64,000 bases of DNA from Selaginella moellendorffii (Eukaryota; Plantae; Lycopodiophyta): positions 159,700 through 223,699 of the forward strand of contig NW_003314282.1 of NCBI RefSeq assembly GCF_000143415.4, read 5' to 3'. The notes under the pieces were generated by a model. That model had not been told where the DNA came from. It ran no database searches and saw nothing but the letters and a program-made list of their open reading frames with translations. The position numbers and the translations under genes are program-made. Positions 24,555-35,695 of this stretch are shown piece after piece. Positions within the stretch are counted from its first letter, which is position 1, and the number at the start of each line of letters is the position of its first letter.

Positions 24555-27500
24555 GTTTCGTCACTTGCTTGCCAAAGTCAAAGAGTTATGATACTTTGAT
24601 GGTGGTTGTGGATTGGTTGTCAAAGATTGCACACTTCATTCCAACTGTGGGAACGGTAAATGCAAAACAAGCAGCAAAGCTCTTTTTCCATGAAGTAGTG
24701 TGGGTTCGTGGTCTTCCTGAAGAAATGATCTCGGATAGAGATTCGAGGTTTACGGGGAAGTTTTGGGGCACACTATTCCAACTGTTTAGTACCAAGTTAA
24801 AATTTAGTATGGCTTATCATCCTCAAACTGATGGGCAGACCAAACATGTGAATGCTCAAGTTGAGGATTATCTGTGGTACTATGTCGCGGCGGACCAACA
24901 CGACTAGGTTGAGCATTTGGATACAGCAGAAATCTATTATAACAACACATTTCACATCGCTATAGGCTGTTTTCCATAGGAGATGCTGCAAGGGAATGCT
25001 CGTGGGGTTCCTCAACAGATTGTTGTACCGAAACCAATGACCGAAGTGTTGGTCCCAGCCGTTGAGACTTATGCGAAGCAGCTACGCCAAGGTTGGTCTC
25101 GGGCTACTAAGACGATGGGCAAAGCTCAGGATAGGTATCGACATGATAAAGATCAGCATCGTCGAGATGTATCCTATCAAGTGGGAGATCAGGTGTGGCT
25201 ATCTTCCCGGAACTTGAACATTAAGAGTTCTTTGTCTCGGAAGCTTTTGCCGAGATATGTTGGACCCTATCGGGTGTTTAAATGTCTTAGTGAGGTATTC
25301 TATCAGTTGGATCGGTCTGCGGAGATGTCCAATGTTCATAATGTATTTCATGCCAATTTATTGACTCCTTATACTATGGATATTGCACATCAAAGGGAGA
25401 TTTGTCCACCACCAGACATTGTGGATGGTGAACTTGAGTATGAAGTAGAGGCTATTTTGGATACACACTAGCTTAAACATGCCAAACGTCGAGAGTATCT
25501 AGTTAAGTGGAAAGGTTACCCAACTTGTGAGTCAACTTTGGAGCCTCTTAGTAATCTTACCCATGCTCGTGAGCTTGTCACGCAGTATAAGAATAATAAT
25601 AAAAAATAAATAGCTTTTGTGAACTTTGTAATAAATCTTGCAAATCAATAAAGTAATCTATTTCTATAAATCAAAGTGTCGTTTCTCTCGTTCGTTAGTA
25701 CTTGGGTTAGTTTTGGCAGGCTGACTTTAGCACTTCAGTGCATGGGTCCAATCCATAACCATGGGGAAAACTATTATAGACTAATCACAAGTCCCCGCCT
25801 CTCTCGATGGTTCATTTTTGAAAAGGGGCATGGTCATGTAAACAACTTAATCTGCCAGTTTATAATAGTTCCCGACAAGGTTGATTTCTTGCTTAGGGGA
25901 AGTTGGGCCTCTGGCCTTCTCCCTATGTCCCTGCAGGCAAGGATGTATCATTCCTTTGTAAGCCAAGTGGTGCTTGGAGAAGCAAGGGTGGCTAACTCCG
26001 TTAGTCATTTCCTTGTCGGCGACGGCCGGAGGGTGTTTGAGTCGTAACGTCTTTGGACGTAGAGGAGAGGTCGTTCCATAACTTATTTAAGTTGGTGCGT
26101 TTCCCACATAGTGTGCTTTCCGTTAACTTTCAGAGTTGTTTCCTTGACGGTTTGCTAGACTCGAGTATGCATCGACGAGGACGTCGATCTTCCCCAAGGG
26201 GGGGAGAGTGTCGTGAATGTGACTTCAGGTATTGAAAGATGCTTGTCGGCCAGTCCTTACGGACACTCTTTCCTTACTGCCATGACGGCAGGAGGTCAGT
26301 ACTGCTGGTTCCCTTTATTGGCCCCTCTTGTCCAAGTGTTAGTAAACTGGACCTAACATCTGTACTTGGCCGGATGAGCATAAGGACGGAATTCCTAAGT
26401 GTTTATTTGGCCAAGCATACTTGGCCCGGCTTTTTAGTTCTTTTTTACTATATCTTGCACTGGCTTGGCAAGAACCCTCGCATATTGAGACTAGTCCCTT
26501 AATATCGCTAGTTGATAACTTACCGTGTCTGCCAAACACCCTCACTATCATGCCCTTTGTGTTAGTCTCATTTCGGTTCCAAATGTTAATTATGGAAAGT
26601 GTCACGATTCGCTCATTTGGCATATCTACGGGATAGTGGTTGGAATGCATGTTCGACCACCTGAGACATTAATTTGGCTCCTGCTAGACTGTGTTGCTCC
26701 TTATTTTGTGTCTGGCTTGGGTCTAAGCTCAAGCTCCACGCTGCTCTAGTCGGTGGGGTACCCTCCTCCTCGCGTTAGGCCACTTGTATGTCAAAATTGT
26801 GCCAGACTCCGTCTGACACCATTTTGCGTGCAGGTGCTGGATACGGGGAGCTGGTGCTCGTGGGATTGTACCGGACCCTCATTTCGTAGTGCAATGGGCT
26901 TGGAGTTCGGCTCCAAATTCAAGTGTGCTACAGATAATGCTCAACATTTGCATGAGTTTCCCACGTGTTTCCAACGGACGGCACTACAATGGTACAATGG
27001 TTTGAACACATCCACTCGTGAGGATTGGAGTATTCTCCCAGACGTCTTCAAATGCACATTTGGACATGCCGACGATTATAATGATGTCTTTCAACAATTG
27101 CATCATCTTTATCAATGGCTATTCGAGTCAGTGATGCAATTTAGTATTTGTTTTCGAAGTCTCTTGCTTCGTGGAGAGTCAAATATGTTAGAGCAGATCA
27201 AGTTAGGAATTTTGTGGCTAGCACTTGCTCTAGCCACCCTTGACAATGCCCTTTGCTTGGCACAACGTTATAAAATGTCACCTCTTCCACTATTTGTTAC
27301 ACATTCTTTAACTTTACTTCTTGTGGGAAATGGTTTTGTTCAAATAGAGGTTGATGCTACTGCTGCTCGAGTTCAAGGACTAGAATAATCACATGGTTGT
27401 GGCCATGATGTCCACTGTTTAGCATGTGATGAAGTTAGTTACAATTATTGGCATTATCAGTGTTTTCTGGATTGGCAACCTCCATTTCTTGGATGAAGAC

Positions 27501-27633
27501 CTTGGCATCAACAATGTCCTGTTGGTGTTGTTGTAATGGAAGGTATGGACACCGAGATGCATATGGGAAATGAGGAGTTGCACGAATATTGGAAGGACCT
27601 TATGCGAATAAGTTAGTGATCCCTCCATATTTC

Positions 27634-29093
27634 TGTGAGACACCAAATCCCTAGGCCCCAAAGTGGAGCTGAAAGGGTGCCACATGGTAGTGGCCAAAGC
27701 AAAAGCTAAACGAGCGTAACACGTTTGGACTAAAAGCTCGAACTTGAAAGGTCGAGAGCGGGAGTGGAACTCCCAATGAAGGGCTCAAGGAACAAAAACG
27801 AAGCAAGCAATAAGTGAGTCTCTAGAAAAGGGACACAAGAGGACCAACACATGACATGTGGAAGTGTCTGAGATGAACCTGAGATGAAGTCTGAGGTGGA
27901 GTCCAAGACAGACGCGAGATGGAGTCCGAGATGGACCCAAGATGGAGTCCGAGATGGACCCAAAATGGAGTCCAAGATGGAGTCCGAGATGGACTCGAGA
28001 TGGAGTCCGAGATGGAACTGAGACCGAGATTGAATCTGAGTCCGAATCCGGGACCGAGACTGAGTCCAAGTCCAAGTCCGAGTCCGAATACTAATACAAG
28101 CAGTTGGGTGAAAGCCCAAAGCAATCGTCCCCTGGGGGGGGGGTTCCAAAAGTATAATAGGGAGAGTGTGGGGGTTGGAGCCCAGTGGAGCCAGTTTGGC
28201 CAAGAAAAGTGGCCCAAGAAGGCCATACCCAGCTGTTGGGTGATGGGATGACTACTGGAAAGTCCAAGACTAGAGTGAATACGGACAGACAAGTGGGGTA
28301 GCTTGGTGAAGTGTTCAAGAGTCGGCTCTAGTTTCCCCGGGAGATCGAATGATCGATGCTCCTAGTCCAAGTGTGGGTGGCACTACCTACTTGGATACCT
28401 GGCGTGGCTCAACAGAACCTCGCTCTAAGCCCATGGCTAAAGCACCCAAAAGCGGAAGGCGGGAAGAGTACCCAGATGGCTTGCATAAGGCCATGGTGTT
28501 CTGAAATGTTGCCCTAAAGTCCCAGACTGTGGAAAGGAAGAGGAGTAAACCTCTGGCATAGTGACTAAGGATACAGTCACAGGGTGAGGAAGTCCCAGAG
28601 GACATTGGGACTTAGTGGTCGGGCCTATGGGCCTTGACCCAGTGGCAGTGTTGGTGAACACGGCCATGGGTTGGACGGGACTTGGTGGGGACTGAAAGAG
28701 GGATGTTGGGGAAAGATGTTCCCCTTGTCGGTGGGCATCTTAAGGATGCTAAGGAGTGGATCTGGGATGACCACTCATGGATAATTGGCCCAATCCTGGA
28801 GAGACAGGACAATGATGCAAGTGGTATTGGACCACCAGTGCGGCAAAAGTGATTAGGCATGGCTTTAGTGTAACAGGCTGCTATGTCGGTGGTACCTTTG
28901 AGTGTCGGTCATGGGATCAGACACGTGGAGCATTTGGACCAAGTGCACAGATTGAGTGGCAAGGATGCCATTCTCGAGGCTAGCCAGCCCCCAGTCTAGA
29001 ATGGGACTTATGGAGGTTGTAAGTGAGACTCCTCCAAGTGGTCGGAGGTGTGGTTAGGTGACTGAAGTAGAATGGAAAAATTAGTCGTTTACA
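27634..29093 (+). mobile_element. Solo LTR (family S, copy 3) without matching TSD
   Basis: TGTGAGACA..GTTTACA termini; flanks ATTTC and TTATG differ; flanks correspond to sites ~3.1 kb apart in element A. Confidence 0.88.
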
Positions 29094-29619
29094 TTATGGT
29101 ACATAGTTTATTTAAGGGGCTCCTTGCTCAGTGGAAAATACTATATCACAAGTTGGACCGCAAGTTTATGAAGTTCGACATGACATCCAGCAAGCTGATC
29201 CTCCAAAAACTGTGCATGTACGACAGCTAAAATGCTTCATACAAAGGGATCAAGAACAATTGACACCACTTACAGATCCACCGATGCCTCTTCTTGATGT
29301 TCCTCCAGATCTTAGCCCATCCACAAGAGAACCCTAATGGTCTTCTATCATTCTGAGAGGAGGGGATGATGTGATATTCAAATGTACAACTACAATGCTA
29401 TATATTAATATGGGATTTTGGTAGCCATCATATTGGTTTTAATCCGGATCACTCGCTCATGTATATAAACTAGGGTTTTTTCTTGTATTCTCTTTCCATA
29501 TTCCATGCACTCACACCTGAAGTTTCTAGGGAATTCCCAATTTTCAAGAATTCCCAAAAAATTTCTCAAAGTTTCCCACATTGGAATTCCATTGGGAATT
29601 ACAGGTTTAGTTTCTTGTG

Positions 29620-30110
29620 TTTGAGCAATGTGCTGGTGGGATCAATTCAATCGATTCATGTGAAGCAATTAATCCCACAGCACTCAGTTGATATTGTTGT
29701 TGAGCTCCTACTTTGGGAGGTCAACTGTCTGTAAGCGTCCAAAACAAATGAATCTCACATGATCAAGACTGATTTGATTCAAATGTGTCATCGGTCAAAA
29801 CCTCAGCACTAGTTCACATCATATCAGGACAGCCAAGAACCCTAGCCAAGCTTATTTCATATGATCCAGCTCTTGTGATCCATTACTCCATACATTGAGC
29901 CAGTGTGCCATCTTTAGAGCACGTGGAATAACACGTGGCAATATAAGTTACTAGGAAAAAAAACAACTCAAAAACATCCAACTTTAGCCGAAATATGAGT
30001 TCAACACTACTACATTTACTACCATGACACCAAGCTTCCCACACCTGTGGAGCTCAAACAAGGTTCAGAGGCTTTCCAAATTCCAAGTGCGATACCTTGG
30101 GAAAATAAGA
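29620..30110. repeat. Diverged duplicate of the SDR/AP2M intergenic region and AP2M 3' end
   Basis: Matches ~42355-43060 (ctgtaagcgtccaaaacaaat, gactgatttgattc, gatccagctcttgtgat). Confidence 0.7.
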
Positions 30111-30286
30111 AATCACGAAGATGTTTGACATGATCTCATACATCACGGCATTGTCCCTGGCAAGTTCCACATACGCAACTCTCCTGATCCCTACGTTCTT
30201 CCAACAATAAATCCATTTAAGTTAAGAATAAGACTGAAGAAAATATAATGAGCCCTAAATAAGGTACCTCTTTTCTAGGGCTTTCG

Positions 30287-32206
30287 ATGGTGGGCGACGA
30301 GTCCCTGCTGCGCGATTGGATCGATCGGCTTCCAGACTACTCCACTCCTGCGAAGCGCAAGCTGGTGGAGGCAGTGGAGTCGCAGCTCTTGTTCTCTGTC
30401 AAGGATTTGAAGCAACCTCGTGCCAGGGCTCGGTTACCGCGATGCCGCCTTCGCAACGAGATGACAGTGGCGGGCATGTTTGGCAACGCTCGCTCCGATG
30501 CAGTGCTGCGGCGCGTGCGGAGCATTGCGGATTCCATCGCAGCGCTTCCAAGCGTGGACTTCGCCGAGTTGAAAGTGTTTGACAAGCTGCCATGGCCGAG
30601 CTTGCAGCCCAGGGTGCCGTGCGTTCCGTCAGAGGCTGATGGCATCTGGCTTGTGGGGCGCCCAGTCTTCAAAGAGATCCTGGACAGATTCGCGGCGAGC
30701 AAGGACGATGTGATAGACTTGGACGGGAATGTCGGCTCGGGGAAAACTTACCTCTTGCTCATGCTAGCTTTGCATTGTCTCCACACGTTCTCAAAGGAGA
30801 ATGGAACAGCAGCAAGGAAGTCGCGGCTGGTTTGCATCTTTAGCATGCCAGACAACAATCCCGACTTGCTGACGGCGATCAGGGAGGCTCTCTTGGTGGC
30901 CTTTGCGGATGATGCTCCAACGTGCAACTGGCTGTGCTGCATTGAGGACTGGAAGGAGATGATGGAGGTGGTGTCATGGTTGAAACGCACCAACGATCTG
31001 TTCTTCGTTGTCGACGAGTACGATGTTTTGGACAGCAGGGCCTCGAACAGCTCCCTTATGGACGTGTGGCTTGCTTTGAAAGCACTCGAGCAAAGCTCAA
31101 CCTGCTTGCATGGTGGCTCGGCAAGGCGGAACGAGGCCTATGCCAGGGTTTTCAAGACCACTCACAACAGAAATTACCACTGCAAGTACACAGCCTTCAC
31201 GCCCGAGGAGACGAAGCAGTACATTACCTGGAAGGGCTTGCTGTCCGAGCCTGGTGAAATGCAGGCATTGACGGGAGGTTTGCCACTCATGGTGCGTGTT
31301 TTCGTGGATTGCTACGTCACAGCGGCGACTTCTGCAGATCGTGAGGGCGAGGCGAGGGAGAAGTTTCTGTCCACCAAGGAGGTTGAACAACAACGAAGGA
31401 CTGTGGAACAGTGGGTGACGGAGATAGCAGCCTTGAAACGTGTCAGGAGGAGAAGAGCGGTGGCTGCACTATCGGATCTGATGGCTGGCAGAGGCAGGAT
31501 CGACTCTGATAGTTTCGATCCTCGGTGGATTGTACAAAATGGAGACAAGTTTGCGCTGGTTTCTGATCTTGCCAAGGCAATGGTTGTGGCTGCCGTTGGA
31601 ATGCATTTGAATAATGCAGATGGAGATGCCTTGATGATGAAAGTGGTGGAGCAGCTCATTGAAGAATGCATGGCCGCACACCCTGCACCGTTGCTGGTTG
31701 GACTTATGGTGGAAAGGATCGTAATCCACATCGCAAAACAGTGGGGCATGGGGCCGATGAAGGGGAAGAAGATTGAAGCTTTTCATTATTTCGGCTTGGA
31801 TTTGGGACCAGTCCTAACGTACTCGCCAACAATTTATATCCCCAGCAGCTGGCAACACTGCTGCGTTGACTTTGCGACTCGGAGAGTGAAAAGTGATCTG
31901 CTCTTCATTGACGTGTTTCGAGTTTCTGTTGGGCCACAAAAAGGGATCACAAAATGGCAGAGTGCGAGCAAGTTCTTCAAGCCTGAGAACATGAGTCTTT
32001 ATACAGCTGGTTATGATGTGGAAGATATCAGATGGGGTTTTCACTGGATTGGTCCAGAGGGTGGTAAGCCAGACTGGTTTCCCTCAAGGTGGTCGTCTGC
32101 TGGAAGTGTTAACTATAATGAAACATACACTGTGTTCTCTGCCGTGGCACATCCCCAAGAGGTTGACAGAGTTTTTATCAAAGCACTCGAAGCCGTTGTG
32201 ATATGA
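30287..32206 (+). CDS. Intronless 639-aa P-loop NTPase with putative C-terminal PD-(D/E)xK-like nuclease fold (Crinkler/RHS-type NTPase-REase-like)
   Basis: Open ORF; Walker A LDGNVGSGKT, Walker B LFFVVDE, later LTGGLPL motif; C-terminal YIP.....CVD...F.VSV pattern. ATPase motifs are clear, the nuclease call is inference. Confidence 0.8.
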   Translation: MVGDESLLRDWIDRLPDYSTPAKRKLVEAVESQLLFSVKDLKQPRARARLPRCRLRNEMTVAGMFGNARSDAVLRRVRSIADSIAALPSVDFAELKVFDKLPWPSLQPRVPCVPSEADGIWLVGRPVFKEILDRFAASKDDVIDLDGNVGSGKTYLLLMLALHCLHTFSKENGTAARKSRLVCIFSMPDNNPDLLTAIREALLVAFADDAPTCNWLCCIEDWKEMMEVVSWLKRTNDLFFVVDEYDVLDSRASNSSLMDVWLALKALEQSSTCLHGGSARRNEAYARVFKTTHNRNYHCKYTAFTPEETKQYITWKGLLSEPGEMQALTGGLPLMVRVFVDCYVTAATSADREGEAREKFLSTKEVEQQRRTVEQWVTEIAALKRVRRRRAVAALSDLMAGRGRIDSDSFDPRWIVQNGDKFALVSDLAKAMVVAAVGMHLNNADGDALMMKVVEQLIEECMAAHPAPLLVGLMVERIVIHIAKQWGMGPMKGKKIEAFHYFGLDLGPVLTYSPTIYIPSSWQHCCVDFATRRVKSDLLFIDVFRVSVGPQKGITKWQSASKFFKPENMSLYTAGYDVEDIRWGFHWIGPEGGKPDWFPSRWSSAGSVNYNETYTVFSAVAHPQEVDRVFIKALEAVVI

Positions 32207-32324
32207 TCTTGAGCTGAGATTAAACTCAGAAATAAAGATCTCTCTATGTTGCAATCATGGTTCGATATGTTAACACACGCTTATTTGCTGATTTTAGAAT
32301 ATTCTAATGTTTTTTATGCTTCTC

Positions 32325-32835
32325 CAGGCTTCTTGACAACCTTTCCATCTATCTTCAGCCCGGTTTCCAGCTTTTGTCACCGCGACGAAAGCCTGTCCAT
32401 TTGGAGAGCATCGCTGGAGTTGCATGCGTTTTTGGCTCGCAGTTCTAAGTTGTCCCATCTGATCCTCTCAAACACGTCTTCGAGGTTTCCACACTTGAGA
32501 AACATATCGAGCGCTGCGTTTGCCACGAATATATCTGTGTCGGAGGAACAGCTTTTTCCAGAGCCGCCGCCTTGACGGCTCAGGAGCTTAAACGCTTCTT
32601 TCGCCGCCAGCTCGCCCTGATAGATTCTCCTCATAACAAGGTACCAAAACCGTCCACGAGACCAAACTGTGACTCGGCATCCTCTGAAAAACCTGGAAGG
32701 CGTCAGCCAAGTTCCCACACTCCCACACTTGGCATATAAACTGATGAGCGTGTTTGGAAGCTAAGCCCTGGCATCTCTCAACTTCCCTGTGAATTTCCCT
32801 GGCTTTATCGAGCGATGCAAACCTTACCAAAACTT
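32325..32835 (-). pseudogene. Fragmented PLS-PPR copy
   Basis: DIFVANAALDMFLKCG, ADAFQVFQRMPSHSLVSWT; shares derived indels with the copy at ~40130-40430. Confidence 0.85.
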
Positions 32836-32839
32836 ACAA

Positions 32840-33315
32840 GTTCCGATGCTCTTCATGTGGCGAAGATGATATTGCTGAACGAGCTGCAATTCAACGTGAT
32901 CCCAGGAACCTCCTTCTCCAATGCCATTGGGATGGTTTCAACATTTCAAAGACAAACAACAAAATCAGGTAAAATTGAAGTTTTGTTTGTATGCTTTATG
33001 ATCTAATTTGAATCTACTTTCTCCAGAGTTTCGGATCCTCAATGCTGGAAAGTTTTCAAATCACAGGCCTTTTCCAATTGTTTTTGTGCCACTGAGGAAG
33101 TTCGATGGGAAGACAGCAAGTGAGGTTGTTCCAGCAGTAGTATCCATCATCGTGGATGAGCTTGAAGAGCTGTTCGAGCATGGAATTCAGGTGGTGGATG
33201 GCGAAGCTGGAAAAGCATTCACGCTGAGAGCAATGCTCATGCAATGGGCTGGAGATTACAATGCACACTGTGAGGTTGGCAAAATCGTGAACAAGGGAAG
33301 GAATGGATGTCGTAG
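32840..33315 (+). mobile_element. CACTA/En-Spm transposase (Transposase_21-like) fragment
   Basis: RDPRNLLLQCHWDGFN and IVDELEELFEHGIQVVD..FTLRAMLMQWAGDY..GC motifs. Confidence 0.75.
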
Positions 33316-33372
33316 TTATGTGTTTTCATTTCTCTTAGCAATTTTGTTTAAGTGCTTGTATCTTCTCTATAG

Positions 33373-35224
33373 GTGTATACAAATGGGCGCAGCTACTGAA
33401 ACTACTTTGTATGATGAGGCAACGATGGAGCTGAAAGAGACTTTGAAGTTATTAATTGACAAAGAAGGAGACCTTGAGGAACAGGAATCACAGATTGGCC
33501 ACTTGCTCCAAAATCTGACACGGGAGGATAGGGATGTCGAACTACATGGCCTGCAAATATACGAATCTAGACTTTGGATGAAGATGGCGGAGCTTGCGTA
33601 TGCATATTCGATTAAACTGAGGATCTCTCCACCCCTATTGCTCGTCAATGAATTCATGAGACAAGCTATCCAACTTGCTGAGCGCTCAATCTCTCCAAGT
33701 GTTACAGTCCCTTCAGTTCTTGTTAACCATACTTGTCTGCTGTTTAAGATGGGCTTTACTACAGACTCCATCCAGAAATTCGAGGAGCTCCTCAGGTTCG
33801 TGGTCTCTCTCTGTTTCTGACGATAAGATTTATTTGTTCAGGTAATTGCTGCGAATGGATGGAAACTTCGGCTGTTTGAGCATAGGGAGGATCAACAATA
33901 TAGAGTCACTCAAGCTCTACTTTAAAGGACTCCAGATGCTCCTACTGGATGCCAACGAGATCAAACGAGCACTGATCTGGTCTGATAGGAGCTATGCAAG
34001 AGACATGCTGTTTCTAGTCAGCAAAGAAGGGAATCGGGAGAACTCGATGGAGTTCGACATGGACGACGACAGAGCCTGGTCAGAAATTGAAGAAGTCTCC
34101 AAGATCATAGGAAAGGAAACAGCCATCTTGATTGTATCTAAGATTTCGACATCAACTTTCGACAACGTGGTTATCTATCTTCTACACAATGGGAATCTTA
34201 TCAACTACAGACACCAACGCGGCTTTCAAGCTTGCTCGCCATCGGATTTACTGAAACTACTGGATGCTAACGACGCAGACAGTACTCTCAGGGATTACTA
34301 CAAGATCATCATCGAGCCTTTTGAGTCGCAGCTAGAAAGTATCCAACCCAAGAAACTTGTTTTTGTTCCAAGCGAGGTACTCTAATCCAGTTACTCTCGG
34401 GAAGCTGGCGCAGCACGAAATCTTTCGTTGCATCAGCTTCACGCAGGAAGTTGACGACACTACCTGTGTTGGCTTTCTTCAACAAGGACTCCACCATCTC
34501 TCCTTCCTTTGTTGCGTAGATTAGATCTTTGGTGGGGTTTCCTACGACCAGGTATGATGAAGGCTGTGATTGCTGGGCTAGTCTTCTCTTGTCACAAGAG
34601 GAAACTGTGGCTACCGCATATTTCTGGATCAAGTAGTAATTGTCTTCATCGATCATGGCACCGAAAGGAACAACGGAGATATCCTACAAGTTTCGCAGCT
34701 CTTCAGAGTTTGCAAGTAAAAGAAAAAAAAGATAGCACATCGCAAGTCACGGGATAGTCCACCCCACTTACTTCCCAGATGGAGCTCTGATCTTGGCAGT
34801 GCCAGAGGACGACCTTGCAAAGTCAGCTCGATCTTCCGAGTTTGAGGAGTGCTTCTTGAGATCTCTCACGCTCACAGGGGACGAGGTCGTAGAGCTTGCA
34901 GGAGAAAGCCTGTTTCGAGCATCAGCTGCGGTTCTCAGCGCTTCCAGGAGAGTGTTTGCTGAGGGAACCTTGGCGCTGCCGAGGTCGTTCCACATCTCTG
35001 GAGTTCCGTCCGTGGTGATATCACTGTTGGACGTGAGAGACAAGCCCACCCTTGAGCTCATGGAGAAGATGTATGGGAATCTGGTGGAAGGGATGGATAT
35101 TGCGAGCGCTCTCCAAAAGGCTGCTGTGGAGATGATCGAGGCCGACGATGGTTTCGAGATTTACGATGTAAGGGACTGGGCAGCGTTCTTCGTCTCGGGT
35201 AGTCTCAAGAACCCTAAATTTTAA
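33373..35224 (+). pseudogene. TPR-like + CHAT (caspase/HetF family) gene, 5'-truncated, with internal inversion
   Basis: ALIWSDRSYAR, YYKIIIEPFESQL..KLVFVP, inverted VPFGAM..LVVGNP..EG..ATK, HIASHG, VLSA, GVPSVVISL.DV.D, DWAAF; likely in-frame TAA at 33843; catalytic Cys absent. Confidence 0.85.
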
Positions 35225-35257
35225 ATTCTTTTCCGTCCATTTTCCTAGGGTACAGCT

Positions 35258-35695
35258 TCCAGCTCTTATTTGAAGCAACCTCATGCCAGACCAAGCTACC
35301 TTCGCAACAGCATGTCAGCGGCGGCAACGCTCTCTCTGATGCAGCGCTGGATGAGGAGCATCCCGGATTCCATCGCGATTCCAACTGTGGAGGTGAAAGT
35401 GTTTGAGAAGCTTGCAGCCTAGGGCGCCTCACATTTCGTCGGAGCCTGATGGGATCTGGCTTGTGGGGGTCCAGTCTTCAAAGAGATACCCAAGAGATTC
35501 ACAGCAGCAAGCGAGAATGATGTGATACTCTTGGATGAGAATCTCAGCTCGGGGAAACTTTACCTCTTGCTCATGCTATCCTTGCATTCTCTCCACAAGT
35601 TCTCCAAGGGGAACAAAGGTGCAGCAAGTCTCATCTTTAGAATGCCAGAGAGAAATTCCAGCTGCTCATGGCGATCAGAGAGGCTCTCTTGGTTC
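35258..35695 (+). pseudogene. Highly degenerate 5' fragment of the P-loop NTPase family
   Basis: ctgatgggatctggcttgtgggg, LDENLSSGKLYLLLMLSLHSLH, gatcagagaggctctcttgg match 30380-30900. Confidence 0.8.

Larger units (their letters stand above)
18358..26932 (+). mobile_element. Full-length chromovirus (Ty3/gypsy with chromodomain; element D) nested in element C
   Basis: LTRs 18358-19277 and 26209-26932; TSD GATAA at 18353-18357 and 26933-26937; PBS TGGTATTAGAG; PPT AAGGGGGGGAGAG; gag with CFHCGESGHRSSEC, protease [19 protein letters not shown], RNase H CDASGYAIGA, integrase, chromodomain EYEVEAILD..EYLVKWKGY; scattered stops and frameshifts. Confidence 0.95.
18015..29515 (+). mobile_element. 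5'-truncated, pol-deleted relative of element A (element C), host of two nested insertions
   Basis: 18015-18357 and 26938-27633 align to element A ~1540-2690; 29094-29340 aligns to element A ~5823-6040 and 7263-7310; PPT GAGAGGAGGGGATGA then 3' LTR 29370-29515; left edge approximate. Confidence 0.8.

Noticed and set aside
27915-28087. CRISPR-like repeat array
   Set aside because: 6/12-bp tandem units without unique spacers, inside an LTR, eukaryotic context
30287-32206. NB-ARC/NLR resistance gene
   Set aside because: No TIR/CC/LRR, RNBS or MHD motifs; Walker B reads VVDE rather than LDDVW
33008-33820. Domesticated transposase-TPR fusion protein (270-aa ORF)
   Set aside because: ORF has no ATG start and reads through intron-like sequence; both parts are truncated
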